Source: Oopsacas minuta (Eukaryota > Animalia > Porifera). Taken from it: a stretch of DNA of 64,000 bases. This document shows, one piece after another, positions 23,620 through 35,726 of this stretch. The position numbers and the translations under genes are program-made. Numbering within the stretch: the first letter of the stretch is position 1; each line of letters opens with the position of its first letter. The notes beneath the pieces were generated by a model that had not been told where the DNA came from, did no database searches, and was given only the letters and a program-made list of their open reading frames with translations. The stretch covers positions 1,109,080 to 1,173,079 of the forward strand of contig JAKMXF010000332.1 in NCBI GenBank assembly GCA_024704765.1. Direction: 5' to 3'.

Positions 23620-24110
23620 AACTGGGTTTGTCTGATGAGGTCTGTCCCACAAGGATCATGACTGGTGCCCCTGCTCTTCATTGTACTCATTTCCAAAAAT
23701 AAACCCTTAGTATACCTCCCATTAAGATCGATGGGATGGATATACAGCGAAAATATAGCGATGAGCTATTAGGCATAATTATTATATGGGATAAACTCTT
23801 GGAGTGGAAATACCACCTAAATAATTTAAAAGATTCCAAGCGTCTATAATATCTTAAGCAGCTGCGAAGATCTGGTCCTGACAGCTTGGCTTGCTCATGT
23901 TCAATGCGTCGGAGTTCAGACATCCCTATCCGGTGTGGCATATATCCCTAACCATGGCTGATTCGGTCAAGATTGAATCCATCGAATGAGCCATGAAAAT
24001 ATTTGAACCAAGCTTGTGTTATGTTGTGGCATGAGATAAACACCTAGATTATCTTAGGGACCGGAGTGAGAATTTGTCCAGCTAAATCTTTTCTGCCACC
24101 AAGCCCACAT
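23620..24110 (+). mobile_element. Non-LTR retrotransposon (CR1/L2-type LINE) RT C-terminal fragment
   Basis: SVPQGS*LVPLLF, IKIDGMDIQRK..ELLGIII..DKLLEWKYHL, KRL*YLKQLRRSG, PVWHISLTMADSVKIESIE*AMKIFEPSLCY and LDYLRDR. Confidence 0.8.
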
Positions 24111-24391
24111 CACACATGATACCATCTGGTACCTGAACATTATAATCTGGTTGTAAGGCAATTTAGCCTCATACAGTAGACTCTCTCTAATCCGAACAGA
24201 GGTGTTCCGATTCATGGAGTATCTGTTCGGATTAGCGAATTTGTTCGGAATAGTGAATTAATACATTTATATGGGGAATTATAAACATTATGTAACTCAA
24301 AATTATAGGAATAAATATAAGTAATATGTATTACAAATCAGATTATGGTACTGTAAGATACAATAGAACCTCTCTAATCCGAACGAAACAT

Positions 24392-24487
<96 letters not shown>

Positions 24488-24491
24488 ACTT

Positions 24492-24588
<97 letters not shown>
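24392..24588 (+). repeat. (TAC)32-ACTTC-(TAC)32 microsatellite within decayed pogo-like MITE sequence (about 24172-24715)
   Basis: Direct reading. Flanks carry CTCTCTAATCCGAAC and GTTCGGATTAGCGA pogo-like terminal motifs. Confidence 0.95.
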
Positions 24589-25819
24589 CATGTACTATAT
24601 ACATATTAAAATTTCAAATTCCGATTGAAAATTATTATTTTAAAACCAAAAATTCTTTCTTTTCTACTGTTCGGATTAGCGAAGGTTCGGATTAGCGAGG
24701 AACGAATTAAACAATATTCTTTCCTTCTAGATTATATTTAGACATATTATCAGTGGTAATTGGGTACGTAGACCCTTTCCAAGATTTATACAGTTTGAAA
24801 GTGACAACTTTACAGATTTATAATGAGTAATCGCATTTAGCACCTTCAGGCACATAATTCAAAATGCTATTAGTAAGGGGTAATCGAGTATGTAGATTCC
24901 AATTTTGACCTCTTCATTTCTCTCACTCAATGATTACACATATTATTAATTATAAATTTACACATTTTTTAACATATTTCGAATTGATACTAGATATTTC
25001 GTTTCAATATTTTGGCAGAGGCGTAATTGCAGGATAATTATTGTGAATCTTAACCATTGGACTGAAGGATAGAATATAAGTACGATAGGGCCTAATAATT
25101 CTGAATATCATGATAGTTAACACAGCTTGGCATAGGCGCAACTAGGGCCATTTTGGGTAGGCATATCCCACCCAGATTTCACTCCACCGTAATACAAAAT
25201 GTATATGGCGGATGGGCATGACGTAATCTTTGCCCACCCTGACTCATGAGCCTAGTTGGGATAATGTAGCTTGGTATAGTATTTAACCTGAAATATGTAT
25301 TTCTCAAACATTAGAGACGCGAAATCAGACCGGTCTGGTGAAATGCTTATCTTCACGAGTGTCAAGGGGTCTTGCCCCCCTGAGAAGAACACAACAAAGA
25401 ATCCTGAGGAGTACTACCAGTCTGTCGGCTGGACATTTCTCTAATTATTTTTGTTCAGATTATATAGAATGTGATTCACATACATTTTTCATCCGTTAAT
25501 CTCAATATCTAGGTTTACTAAATTTCCAACCAGGAAATAATTGTAACAACAAGTTTCGACTACATAGCCAGAAATCGATCCTTTTATCGTATGATGGTGT
25601 TCTCGATAATTGATAGTTTGAGACCATCAACAGACATATATACCCCTAAATAAACGGGTGATTTGTGAAGAAGAATAATGTAAGTAATAGAATTGATAAG
25701 ATGTAAACAGTTAGCACCTGAGGAATTTTATCTGCGAGTCAGCAGACAGTCGCTTTGGAAAAATGTAAGATGGGTTCGAAATTATCCATCGGAGCTGGTT
25801 CCCATCCTAATATTGTTCA

Positions 25820-26130
25820 GGAGCCTCGAATGTACAAGAGTGACAATTTTGATGATTTTATCCGATTTTTACAATTATTAGCTAAAGCGCCCTCACTTGA
25901 AGAGAAATTTAAAAACTCAATAAAACATTCCCCAGCACAAACATGTTCGGTCGACAGACTGGTATTGCAGCTCAGGGTTATGTGCTTTTGCGGCCTCCCC
26001 GACCCCCACATATTGATACCGCATTGCGCCAGACTCCTGACTGATATTTGGCTCCTAAATTTGGGAAATATTTCTGGATATTCAAGATAAATAGTTTCAG
26101 ACTGAACTTCATGTTTTATCCTCAAATCAT
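25820..26130 (-). repeat. Inverted copy of the 22199-22500 repeat
   Basis: Long exact blocks in reverse complement, for example TGTTCGGTCGACAGACTGGTATTGCAGCTCAGGGTTATGTGCTTTTGCGGCC. Confidence 0.9.
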
Positions 26131-27131
26131 ATTGAACAAATATTTTTCAAAATAACGTTTTTTGCAACTTCATATTTCCGGTTTGAATTCAATGTTGGTT
26201 TTAGTTCCAGTTTCGCTATCACTCAGAACTCTAAACTCAGCTTACTCGATTTTTTGAATTCTCCATATTTAATGCATAAGTAAAGTAGTTTACAAAGCAG
26301 TTTACAAAATTTTTTTCTGGTTAATCAAGATTATCCTGCGATTATAATTTCAAAATTTAAACATCTTTGTACAAACATTTGTGACGTCATAAGTCAGGAA
26401 TCATATGTACGATTGTTCCGAAATTTTCTAAAGTAAAGACATGGTAGTAGCTTGGTCTACAATAATTTTCAGCCAAATTGCTTATGGTGGTAAAATCGCT
26501 ACTTGACTTGGCACGGAATTGTGATGGACTTTCTTTCATTTACATAGTAACGACCCTCTATAATCAGGAGTGGCGGATGGGGGATACATTGAGATTATCA
26601 ATGCCCTCGAAAGTTAAAGTTGACCTGGATAAGCCGGGAATTCAATTTAAAAAGTTATCTATTTTGTACGAAATTTGCATAAAAATAGGTATTTATTGCT
26701 ATGATCAATCGAAATCTTTGAATTTCTCAGAAAAACTATTTTCTACAAATTATATTCACCAAATAACCTTGCGAGATATATAGTATAAAATCTAATACCA
26801 TTGAGTTTACAGTCTTTGGAAGAAGTGGCGATCAAATTCACTCGATAGCACTCTGGTTGAAGGATATTTGCAGTTGAAAGAGTAAGCGATGAATGAGGGA
26901 TATTAGAATATTTTCCGTTCCCGACCACTCCCACGTATAGAGAGTCCACTGGACGAAATTAGCAGTACATCGTGGCAGGGTCGGCTACCTAACTTATGGG
27001 CCCCATGGTTAGAATTCTGTCCGGGGGCCTCCAAATTCTTCCATGAGGGCTAATACATGCAAAACTGAATGAAGAAAAAAGCGTGACAGAAGATACTGTA
27101 CTAATTTATCGGGACATCGCGGGACGTAGTA

Positions 27132-28500
27132 CAGTGCGTTTGGAAATTATTGGCAGTAAATACTATTTTCATTATCCTTTACAAATATTCTATAACAACC
27201 TTATTTACGACGTTTAAGTTATAGCAACATATAATATACTCGAAATATAATGTATAGATCCACTGACATTCTAATTTTCTGCCGAATCTATCCCAAATGA
27301 TCTTTGACATTAAATATGTGCTTATTATTTTAGTTCACATATTTTAGACCCATATTTTCCAACTTTCACTAACAATATTTTCCACTATTTTGGTATGAAG
27401 GCTGAGGAAAAGAATAGAATCAGAATAAAGGAACTCTTTGATGCTGGGATAACAAAAGCGACTGAAATATTAAGACGACTAGCTATATCAGAGCGGACAG
27501 TATATCGTGTTTGAAGTCTCTTTCTGACAAAAAGAGCTTGACTCATAAGAAAGGAGCAGGTCGACCTCAAATATTGCACAAGTCTGATAGGAATAGAATT
27601 ATGGCACTCGTTCAACACCATCCAAGGATCACTCTGAATGAATGTCGAGCAAAATTGAGTACTCCAGTTGCCAAAAGCACACTATCGGAGGAAATGAAGA
27701 GGAGAGGCTTACAATATCGCCAGGCAGTAAGAATTCCAGCCTTGTCACAACTCCATATTACTAAACAAATAGAATGGTGTAAACGAATGAGGGGTCAGAA
27801 CTGGTCTAAAGTGTTCTTTACTGATGAATGCTCTATATGGATGAATTCAAGCAAGATATATGTATTGACAAAGAAAGGACAGCTTATTAACCTGCCAACT
27901 TTCAAACATCCAGCGAAGACATATTTGGGGTGGTATTTCGGTAATGGACAAAACAAACCTCAAAGTTTTTATCGAAAACTTCAACCAGGAACGGTACAAA
28001 ACAGTTCTAAATGAGTGTCTTATACAAGAAGCTAATGCTTTATACGGAAATCAATGGATATTACAGGAAGATAACAGTCCTATACATACAGGAAATGCAG
28101 CAAAGGCTTGGAAACAGGAATTTGTCCCACATCAGATCGACTGGCCCTCCAATTGCCCCGATCTGGACCCAATTGAAAATCTTTGGGTTGTACAATAGAA
28201 GAGACTCCTCAAAAAGAGATTTACTAGCTCAAATGAGTTGAAAGAAGCTATTTTGGAGATGTGGAACACATTTGACCCTGAAATTTTAAAGCCATTTTGT
28301 CTATCAATGGACAAAAGAATTCGGTTATGCAACAAAGGTGGAGGCAAGAAGATAAATTATTAGCTATATGTTAGTTACTCATGTATATTCTATTTGAGAG
28401 AGTACCGAATTATTAGAAATCATATGATTTTGATCATTCTTAACATAGATATTGAATGGAACCAAATCAAATTTACTGCCAATAATTTCCGAACGCACGG
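27132..28500 (+). mobile_element. Tc1-family (DD34E) transposon with a pseudogenised transposase (27395-28363)
   Basis: 29-bp TIRs CAGTGCGTTTGGAAATTATTGGCAGTAAA (27/29) and TA TSDs. Motifs GRPQIL, VFFTDE, LQEDNSPIH and WPSNCPDLDPIENLW, with 34 residues between the second D and E. Confidence 0.95.
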
Positions 28501-29409
28501 TATATTTGTATTAGACTAGACTGCGAAAATCGGAAGGCTCCAGAATCCAAATCCAATCCATAATCGATTACACACAACCATGAATCCATACCCATATGAG
28601 AATACAGTCAACTCCGTGACACACAATCCATTATCCACTCGGCGACCCTGAGCTCCTTCTTACTCGTTGGTTCGAGTATTCGAACGTTCGGCCTTCTTCT
28701 TGCGACAACAATGTATGGACCTATGAAGATTGGGTCTAAACTGCTACGCCTGATCTGATCCTTAAGAAGGACTTGATCACCTTTTCCGATATCAGAATCC
28801 ACCTTTCCTGATCATAGAACAGCTTTTCCCTTCTATATGCTTCTTCAGCATTTTCTCTAGCAATCTCCTCAAGTCGATTTCTCTTGTCCCTAAGCTCCTC
28901 ATAATATTCTTCACTTGTAACACAATCCTAGACTGAATAGCCGATGTTCAAGTCTAAGCTATTCCTAAGTTTCTCACCGTAAAATATCTCATTCGGGCTC
29001 AGACCTGTCGATGAATTTCTAAGAGAGTTATACGTAAATGATACTTCGTTTAGTAGTAACGGCCAATCGGCCTTCCTCAACTTCCTATCTGCAAGCAAGC
29101 AACGCATTACTTGTTTGACCGTCCCAATGCTGCGCTCAGCCAGCCCATCCCCTCCGGATGGTAAGGGGAGGATGCCTTTTTTCAATACCTAGATGCGTAC
29201 ACAACTCGCTCATCGCTACACCATCGACGTTTCTGCCTTGATCCGTGACAACAATACGAGGTAATCCGTACCTGAAGATCCATCCAGACTTAACGGCGTC
29301 TATTATTGATCCAGCGCTCTGATCCTTCATCGGAGTTAATTCCACTAGGCGTAAAACATATCTACCATCAGTAGAAAATATCGATCACCACTATCTGCCC
29401 ATGGCAATG

Positions 29410-32400
29410 CACAGTGGTTTAAAATGGGAGTTAGTAAAGAATAGGTATTCTAGTACCAGATAGCCATATGCAATGTATTATTTGCGAATAGGTTATCGTA
29501 TCCGAGGAATCGTATGGGGTAATCAAATTTCTTCTATGGCTTCTAGATTTCTGGATATGACGTCATCACATATTATGATGACGTCACATTTAAAAAATTA
29601 TTTAATAAAACTCATAGAGATTTCCACTTCATAAGAAAAATCTCCTTCTCTGTATATATACTATTACCCTGTATAGTATTTGGATAAGAGTGTATAGATT
29701 TTAAATTTTAATGAATCTATGAATTAATTATAAGTGAATCAACAATTTCGTCTATGGAAGAATCTAGTAATCTATTTTCGGTATTATCCCTACAATACTT
29801 TGCTCTTTTTGTGTGGCCGTGTTCCCCACACCTTTCACAAACTAAACTTGAACGAAATTGATTCAATACAGGGTCACTTGCAGAGGCCAGTCTCACGAAA
29901 ATGTCCATTGCATTATCTTCAAATGAAGACTTCCTTGCAAGATTCTCCCTATACTTTCTTAGTAACTTGTTGCATGCCTCGGATCCCTCTTCAGAGAAAC
30001 TTTTCAGACCTCGCCCATGGTTGAACTCTTTCAAAATTTCTTCTGAGTGAGCTAATACCCTGGTAATGTTGGGGTAATGCTCACCCAAGGTAATGAATCA
30101 ACGATCAAGAGATATGTATCGGTGCATAGATCACCAAAGACCTCGGTGTTAATGATCCTGTCTGAATTGATTATTCGAAGGATAGCTGACAAGTGTGTAT
30201 GTAGTTTTGAAAGTGTTTCTTTGTGTTCTGTTTCAACAACTGACAATACACACTCAATATATTTCGAATCACAGGAAAATGCTCGACGAGCTACACTACC
30301 AGTAGAGCTAGTACCTCCACTTGCATTCGGCTGATCTATCTTCATTCCTGTCTTCTCTTCGATCAGATTTCTGACAAATATCATTGAATTTTTTATCGCC
30401 AAAGATGTTGGTGACCATGTACGTTTTCCACAATTCAAATGATAAATTAGTAGATTGAACCACCTGAAAATGCCAGTGTACGAGTGTAACGGAGATGCTG
30501 GAAGGATGTTTATTGTTGAGGTTGGTTCGTGCGTTATGTTACAACGTTGGTTTGAAGGAAGTGAGAAGAACGAATTGCTGTCTTCTATTCACCGAAAAAT
30601 TGAATTGCATCAGTGATGTGTCTGTTGATTGGAAATCCCTGTATTATCAACTCACGATCACTGAGTTCCTTATGTGTTGCTGTGCATAATTGACAACTTG
30701 CCCCACCTGCCCCAGATAGAATTCCTGCCATTTTCCCATCAAGCATTGATCGACAATGTCGACTCGTACTTGCTGATCAGGGCCAAGAATAAATCCTTCA
30801 CTTCTCATCAGATCAGTATCAGTATCGATCAGATCGTCCATAAATCGCTTGATATTAGCTTCGTTTCTTTCGCAGCGAGGAGGAAAATCGGACGTTGAGC
30901 AAAAGGAGAATTGGGAGTGTTATTTTTCCAGAGTTCGCGACCGCTATTGCTTATTATCTTTACAGCTCTGAAACAGAATAAGATAAACGACTTAATATCT
31001 GTATTTGTGTTTGATTGATTATATACAGTGTGACTTCCATAGCCATCTAGTCCGTCTGCTATCTGGAATTGAGGGGAAAATCTTGAGCTGGAGGTGGCGG
31101 TAGCGTGGACATAAGCCTGCAAAAAGTATGGCGGACGTGATGAGCATATGGCATATATACACCAAGTGGAGTTTCAGGATTGGGGTACATCTGAATATCT
31201 GACCGTAAAATTATGCTGTTTCTTTCTTCTACTACCCTATAGTATGCCGGGAAACGAATATCGCTAGATAGCAAGTGATGTCGGAGTTGTGTGTATTTCC
31301 TCCTGCCAATTTCTAGGAGATCTACAAGGAACACTGTCTTGGTAACATCGAGCTCTTTTCTTCAACAATTTACCGAATTGACCCGAAAACTAGTCATAAA
31401 CTACAGATTTTGAAACTTTAGCTATTTCTCGCTGTTTTGTTTGGTTCGATAGTAGTTGCAAGGCAAGTGTAGCTATCTTGATTTCTGAAATATTCTCAAC
31501 GATTGAGAGTGCTTTGATAGATTCCAAGAGATTTGGGAGTCGTGAGCGTTGTTGTTGCATCGTGAGATTGTCAATACTCTTCCTATGGTTTGCTGAGAGT
31601 GTGGATATGACTTCTTCATCATCTAAGGACAGCTCAACGGTATCATAAAAACGGTGCCTCTTCAACTCTGGTTCCATGGATATACCACAATGCCACCAGT
31701 CTCCCTCTAAGCAATCTAGCGATTTCTTTGCCTTCCTGATCCTGCTTCTTACTCGGAGGAGCGTTGCTTCCAATTGTTTCCTTTCTTCGAAGTCCATTTG
31801 AAAGTTCTGCTCAAAGAAACTGAGTGTCGTCGAGATACAGTTGTTGTTGTTGTTGTTGTCTTTCAAAATCTTAGCAAATTCAAGATGAGAGTTAGGGAAA
31901 GTTCTTGAGTGATTGAAAAAAGCGTAGTAAACGGTTGATTATCAGTAAATTCAATTTGTTAATGTCATATTAATCATGTATTTATATATTATATTTATTG
32001 GTAATTGGAATGCTGCAATCGAGTAGATAAATTTAGCATATAACTTGCATAGCAACTAAAAGGTGACATTGGAATTCGCTGAAATTTTTCATGTTGCGCA
32101 CTGTTTCGGGGCGTATCATTTTAATATGTCTTTCTAGATATTATAATGCCATTTTGGTATTAATTTCTAAGTGGTGTTTTTTTTTGCGGTCATTTGGAAG
32201 TTCTTTTTTAAAAAATATTGTACCTCTAAAGTACCATTAATCAAATCAACTTTGAATCCAAATTAGTAAAGATACACTGACGAAAATGGGAAATCAGATT
32301 TAGCATAACTGAATTGTGTTGAGGAAATAAAATAAATTAGATTCGGAGAATTCTGTGACGCTCTCAAGTAAACTTAAATTGGTGCTAATATTAGCATCAC

Positions 32401-32577
32401 TGAAACCGCAAATAGAACTATTTTTGATTGATTCTTTGAATTCATATATTGTGAGAGCTATATGTATTCGATCGAAGTGAAATTTGAAATTAACATTATT
32501 CAAACAAACAAGAACGAGTTTAAACCATTAAAAATGAAATCTATTTTTTGTCTATTCTTTGCATTCAAACCACTGTG
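29410..32577 (-). mobile_element. Transib (RAG1-related) transposon 1, complete (3168 bp)
   Basis: Ends CACAGTGGTTT (29410) and AAACCACTGTG (32577). Perfect 5-bp TSD CAATG (29405-29409 and 32578-32582). Confidence 0.95.
29717..31970 (-). pseudogene. Transib/RAG1-like transposase 1 (frameshifted)
   Basis: IADGLDGYGSH (D), RSMLDGKM (D), GASCQLC (Zn), SPLHSY, PW..ITPTL/RVLAH (Zn), SEEGSEACNKLLRKYRE (E) and tail CERCGEHGHTKRAKYC. The C-terminal ORF 29717..30088 reads on the minus strand, although the track labels it +. Confidence 0.92.
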
Positions 32578-32840
32578 CAATGTAACGATGTCAAAAGCTA
32601 ACGCAATCCTAGGTGCCAGCTCTTCTACTATATAGGGCTGGAGTGTTTCCTTCGGCTTGTTGTGGTGTTTGGACTTGAGGCAAACAAGACACCGCGAGCA
32701 AATTTCCTTCACGTCTTTATCCATACCCTTCAAGAAATATCACACTTTTAACTCATCTGCTGTTTTAAGGTGACCCATGTGCCCGAAGTCATGGACCATT
32801 CGTATGACCCTTTCCCTCAACATGAGTGGTATGACCACTC

Positions 32841-35726
32841 CACAGTGTGGCAAAAAGGCGAAAATGAGGGATTAGCCAAATTGTAACTTCAAATTGATAA
32901 TATTTGTATTATACTTGTATATAAAATCGACCCCGTACATTTCACTGGACAAGTCAAATTTTCAATTATCTCACTCGAAATATATGAGGATGACGTCATC
33001 ACTAAAATCACTAATCCATAATTTTAATAGATTATCAGGTATTCATAAAGGGTATCCTGTTCAGATGTTTCAAGCATGGTATCTTCGTTTGATTTAGCCT
33101 TTCTAATACTTTTGTGATGATTTAAAACCAATACAGGGTCACTGAAGCACAAAAGTCCGACTAAAATATCACGAAAGTTGTCAGAAAAGGATGTTTTTCT
33201 TGCTAAATTTTCTCTATACCTTCTGACATAGTTATTGCAAGCCTCTAAACATTCTTCAGAAAAGTTTTGTAGTCCATAACCATGATTATAGCGATAAATT
33301 ACTTGAAAACAATGAGCAAACAGTTTATGAAAAGAGGGAGAGATGCTTACCCAAGGAAAGTGATTCAAAACAATTTCATATGTTTCCTTGCAAAGATTTT
33401 CAAGACCATGACAATTAATGTGGTCTTGCTGTTAACTATCCTCAAAATCACCGAGAGGTTGTTTTGAATGATTTTAAGTGTTGGTTTATCAACTGGGGTA
33501 ATAGTGGAGGTAGCCCATCTGAAGAAATCTCTTTTATCTCGGAAACAGTCTCATGCAACATTACCAGTTGTTGAAGTCCCCCTTGATTAGATCGAATATC
33601 GATTTTGATACTAGATTTTCCTTCTATAATTGACTTTATTCGTTTCAAAGAGTCCTGTACTTTTGTGCATGCAGGTGACCACTTTCTACAACCCAGCGTC
33701 TAAGTGATATATGAGTAACTTATACCACCTAAAGACACAGAGATACGCATGCAATGGAGAATCTGCTAAGATGTTTATTTCGGAAGTAGGGTGGTGGGTA
33801 ATGCCACAGCGGTTTTTGGAAGGTAGGCCAAATATTTCTTCCCCATTAATATCGTCAAATAGTTGGTTAACATCAATAATGTATCTATTAATTGGAAAAC
33901 CTGATCTGGCCCACTCTAAACTATTGATTTCCTTCCTGTGGCCGTGCAAAGATGACATGATGCACCACCCGCTCCATCTAATAGACCTGCCATTTTGGTA
34001 TCAAATATAGATCGAATTATTTCTACTTCTATGTGACCATTTTCAACTGTAATTCCTTGTTCTACAACTAATTTAGTTGCCGGATTTATGAGTGTATCCA
34101 AAATAATTTAACGTTTTCGTGATTATCCTTCAACGCAATTAAGCAGACTGCTCTGAATGAAAAAGGTGAATTGGGGAGAAGTATCGACGTATAATGGGAA
34201 ACCTGTGCTATCTGTCATACTGAGAACTTTAAATCCGAATAGAATAATACTGTGTGTATCTAAACCTAGATTTGAGTTCACTTTGGTTGTAAGAATTGTG
34301 TGAGCCTGATCCATCTAGACCGTCTGCTATTCGAACTGACAAAGGATATTGTGAGTTGTTTACAATGGAATCGAAGCTTAAAAGATGTCGTTGAATTGTT
34401 AGTTCGAATATTTCGAAATAAGGAACTGATACACCAATAGAGTGACCTTCAGGGTTAGTGACAAATAAAACGCTCCGTAAAAGAGAAATTTCTTGACGGT
34501 ATTGCGATATTACTCTATACAATGGGAATATGATATCTTGTTTCAATAATTTCTTCAACTGTGTGTATTTGAATGCTCCAATTTCGAGAAGATCTATTAT
34601 ATAACTTGACATAGGTATCGAAACTTTCTTTACATTTCTATACATGCCTGTTGTGATTATTTCTTTGCATATACTGGAAGTTTCTCGATCATTTTCCTGA
34701 TTAGAAATTAGTTCCAGAGCTAAAGCAGTAACCTTCTTATCGTCAACCTGCTTCCTTTGGGCAACGGACTGAATATGCTTTAGCAAACGTTCAAACGGTT
34801 TCGAGTTGCTTTCATTGTGAGTTTGAATAATGGTTTTCTGATCTTTGTTAGATTCTCTTCAATAAATGAGTGGTGCTCAGGAATAGAATCGAATGTGTCA
34901 ATCGACATTTATGATCCAGAGTTACAAGTAGTGACTGAATAAAACTCCATACCCTCCCAAACATTTAAGTTGTAAATCTTCTGATAATGATCTCTGGATT
35001 TTCGAAAATTTCTTAATTTCCAACGAATGGTTTCAAACAGATCATCTGACAAGGAATGAATATCAATTATCTGACGAGCTGCACCAGAATTATTCCAACC
35101 ATGTGATTTATAAATATCGTATGCTTCTTTTTGTGCAACAAATGTTTTATCCATTGAACTGGTGGAAGGAAGTAATGTCAACTAAGTATCAATAATTGGA
35201 TAAATAATACAAGTTTGAAATTGAGCTGGTTCCAGAGAAATTTGGATTGAAATTCGAAATGGTGGGGAATGGGGCGCTAATAATTGTATAAAATTAAGGG
35301 TAATACAGTACTTTAAAATTGTTAAAAATATAGAGGCCCATATTGTACCCATTTAAAAATCTACCTCTGAGTATGTCGAAATACATCCCGAAATTTGGTA
35401 ATTTTCGGGGCTTCGAAAAAGAGTTCTCTCAAAATTTCTATTAAGTTTGGGAGATATTAATGTTCAAAGTTATGATAGTGAATACTTATAAATGAATCAC
35501 GAATTGATTACTTGCAAATAGGCAATTTGATTGCATCTACTGTTAGAATTTATGATAACGTAATTATAGTTCGGAAAATGTTTTGAAACCTCATAAAATT
35601 ACGTCATTAGACAATGAGAATTTAAATTCATAGAAGCTGAAACACAGTAAACACAATATTACAATATTTACAGGTAGTTATGAGACTACAAAAAATTTGG
35701 CTAATTCTAGATGATGCCACACTGTG
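32841..35726 (-). mobile_element. Transib (RAG1-related) transposon 2, complete (2886 bp)
   Basis: Ends CACAGTGTGGCA (32841) and TGCCACACTGTG (35726). Perfect 5-bp TSD CACTC (32836-32840 and 35727-35731). Confidence 0.95.
33024..35181 (-). pseudogene. Transib/RAG1-like transposase 2 (frameshifted)
   Basis: DLLEIGAFKYTQL, IADGLDGSGSH, RSIFDTKM, GASCHLC, SPLHAY, PWVSISPSFHKLFAH and SEECLEACNNYVRRYRENLARK. Confidence 0.92.

Noticed and set aside
24326-24628. Poly-Tyr/Thr and poly-Ser/Val ORFs
   Set aside because: These are translations of the (TAC)n microsatellite.
25755-26125. ORFs 25755..26090, 25817..26125 and 22324..22512 as paralogous genes
   Set aside because: They are similar only because they overlap copies of one DNA repeat. 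Frames and stops are not conserved and no protein motif is recognisable.
29717-30088. ORF track labels this ORF as + strand
   Set aside because: The listed peptide (GEHYPNITRVLAHSEE...DSLIINS*) is the translation of the reverse complement; 29717-29719 is CTA, a minus-strand TAG. It is treated as minus.
32543-32551. RSS-nonamer-like ACAAAAAAT 19 nt from the heptamer at the 5' end of Transib 1
   Set aside because: It is a 7/9 match in AT-rich DNA, the spacer is neither 12 nor 23, and it is absent from the other ends. It is not claimed as a true nonamer.
29410-35726. ProtoRAG-type RAG1L-RAG2L pair
   Set aside because: Each element has room for only one gene. No kelch-repeat or PHD RAG2-like coding sequence and no RAG1 RING domain was recognised in or between them.
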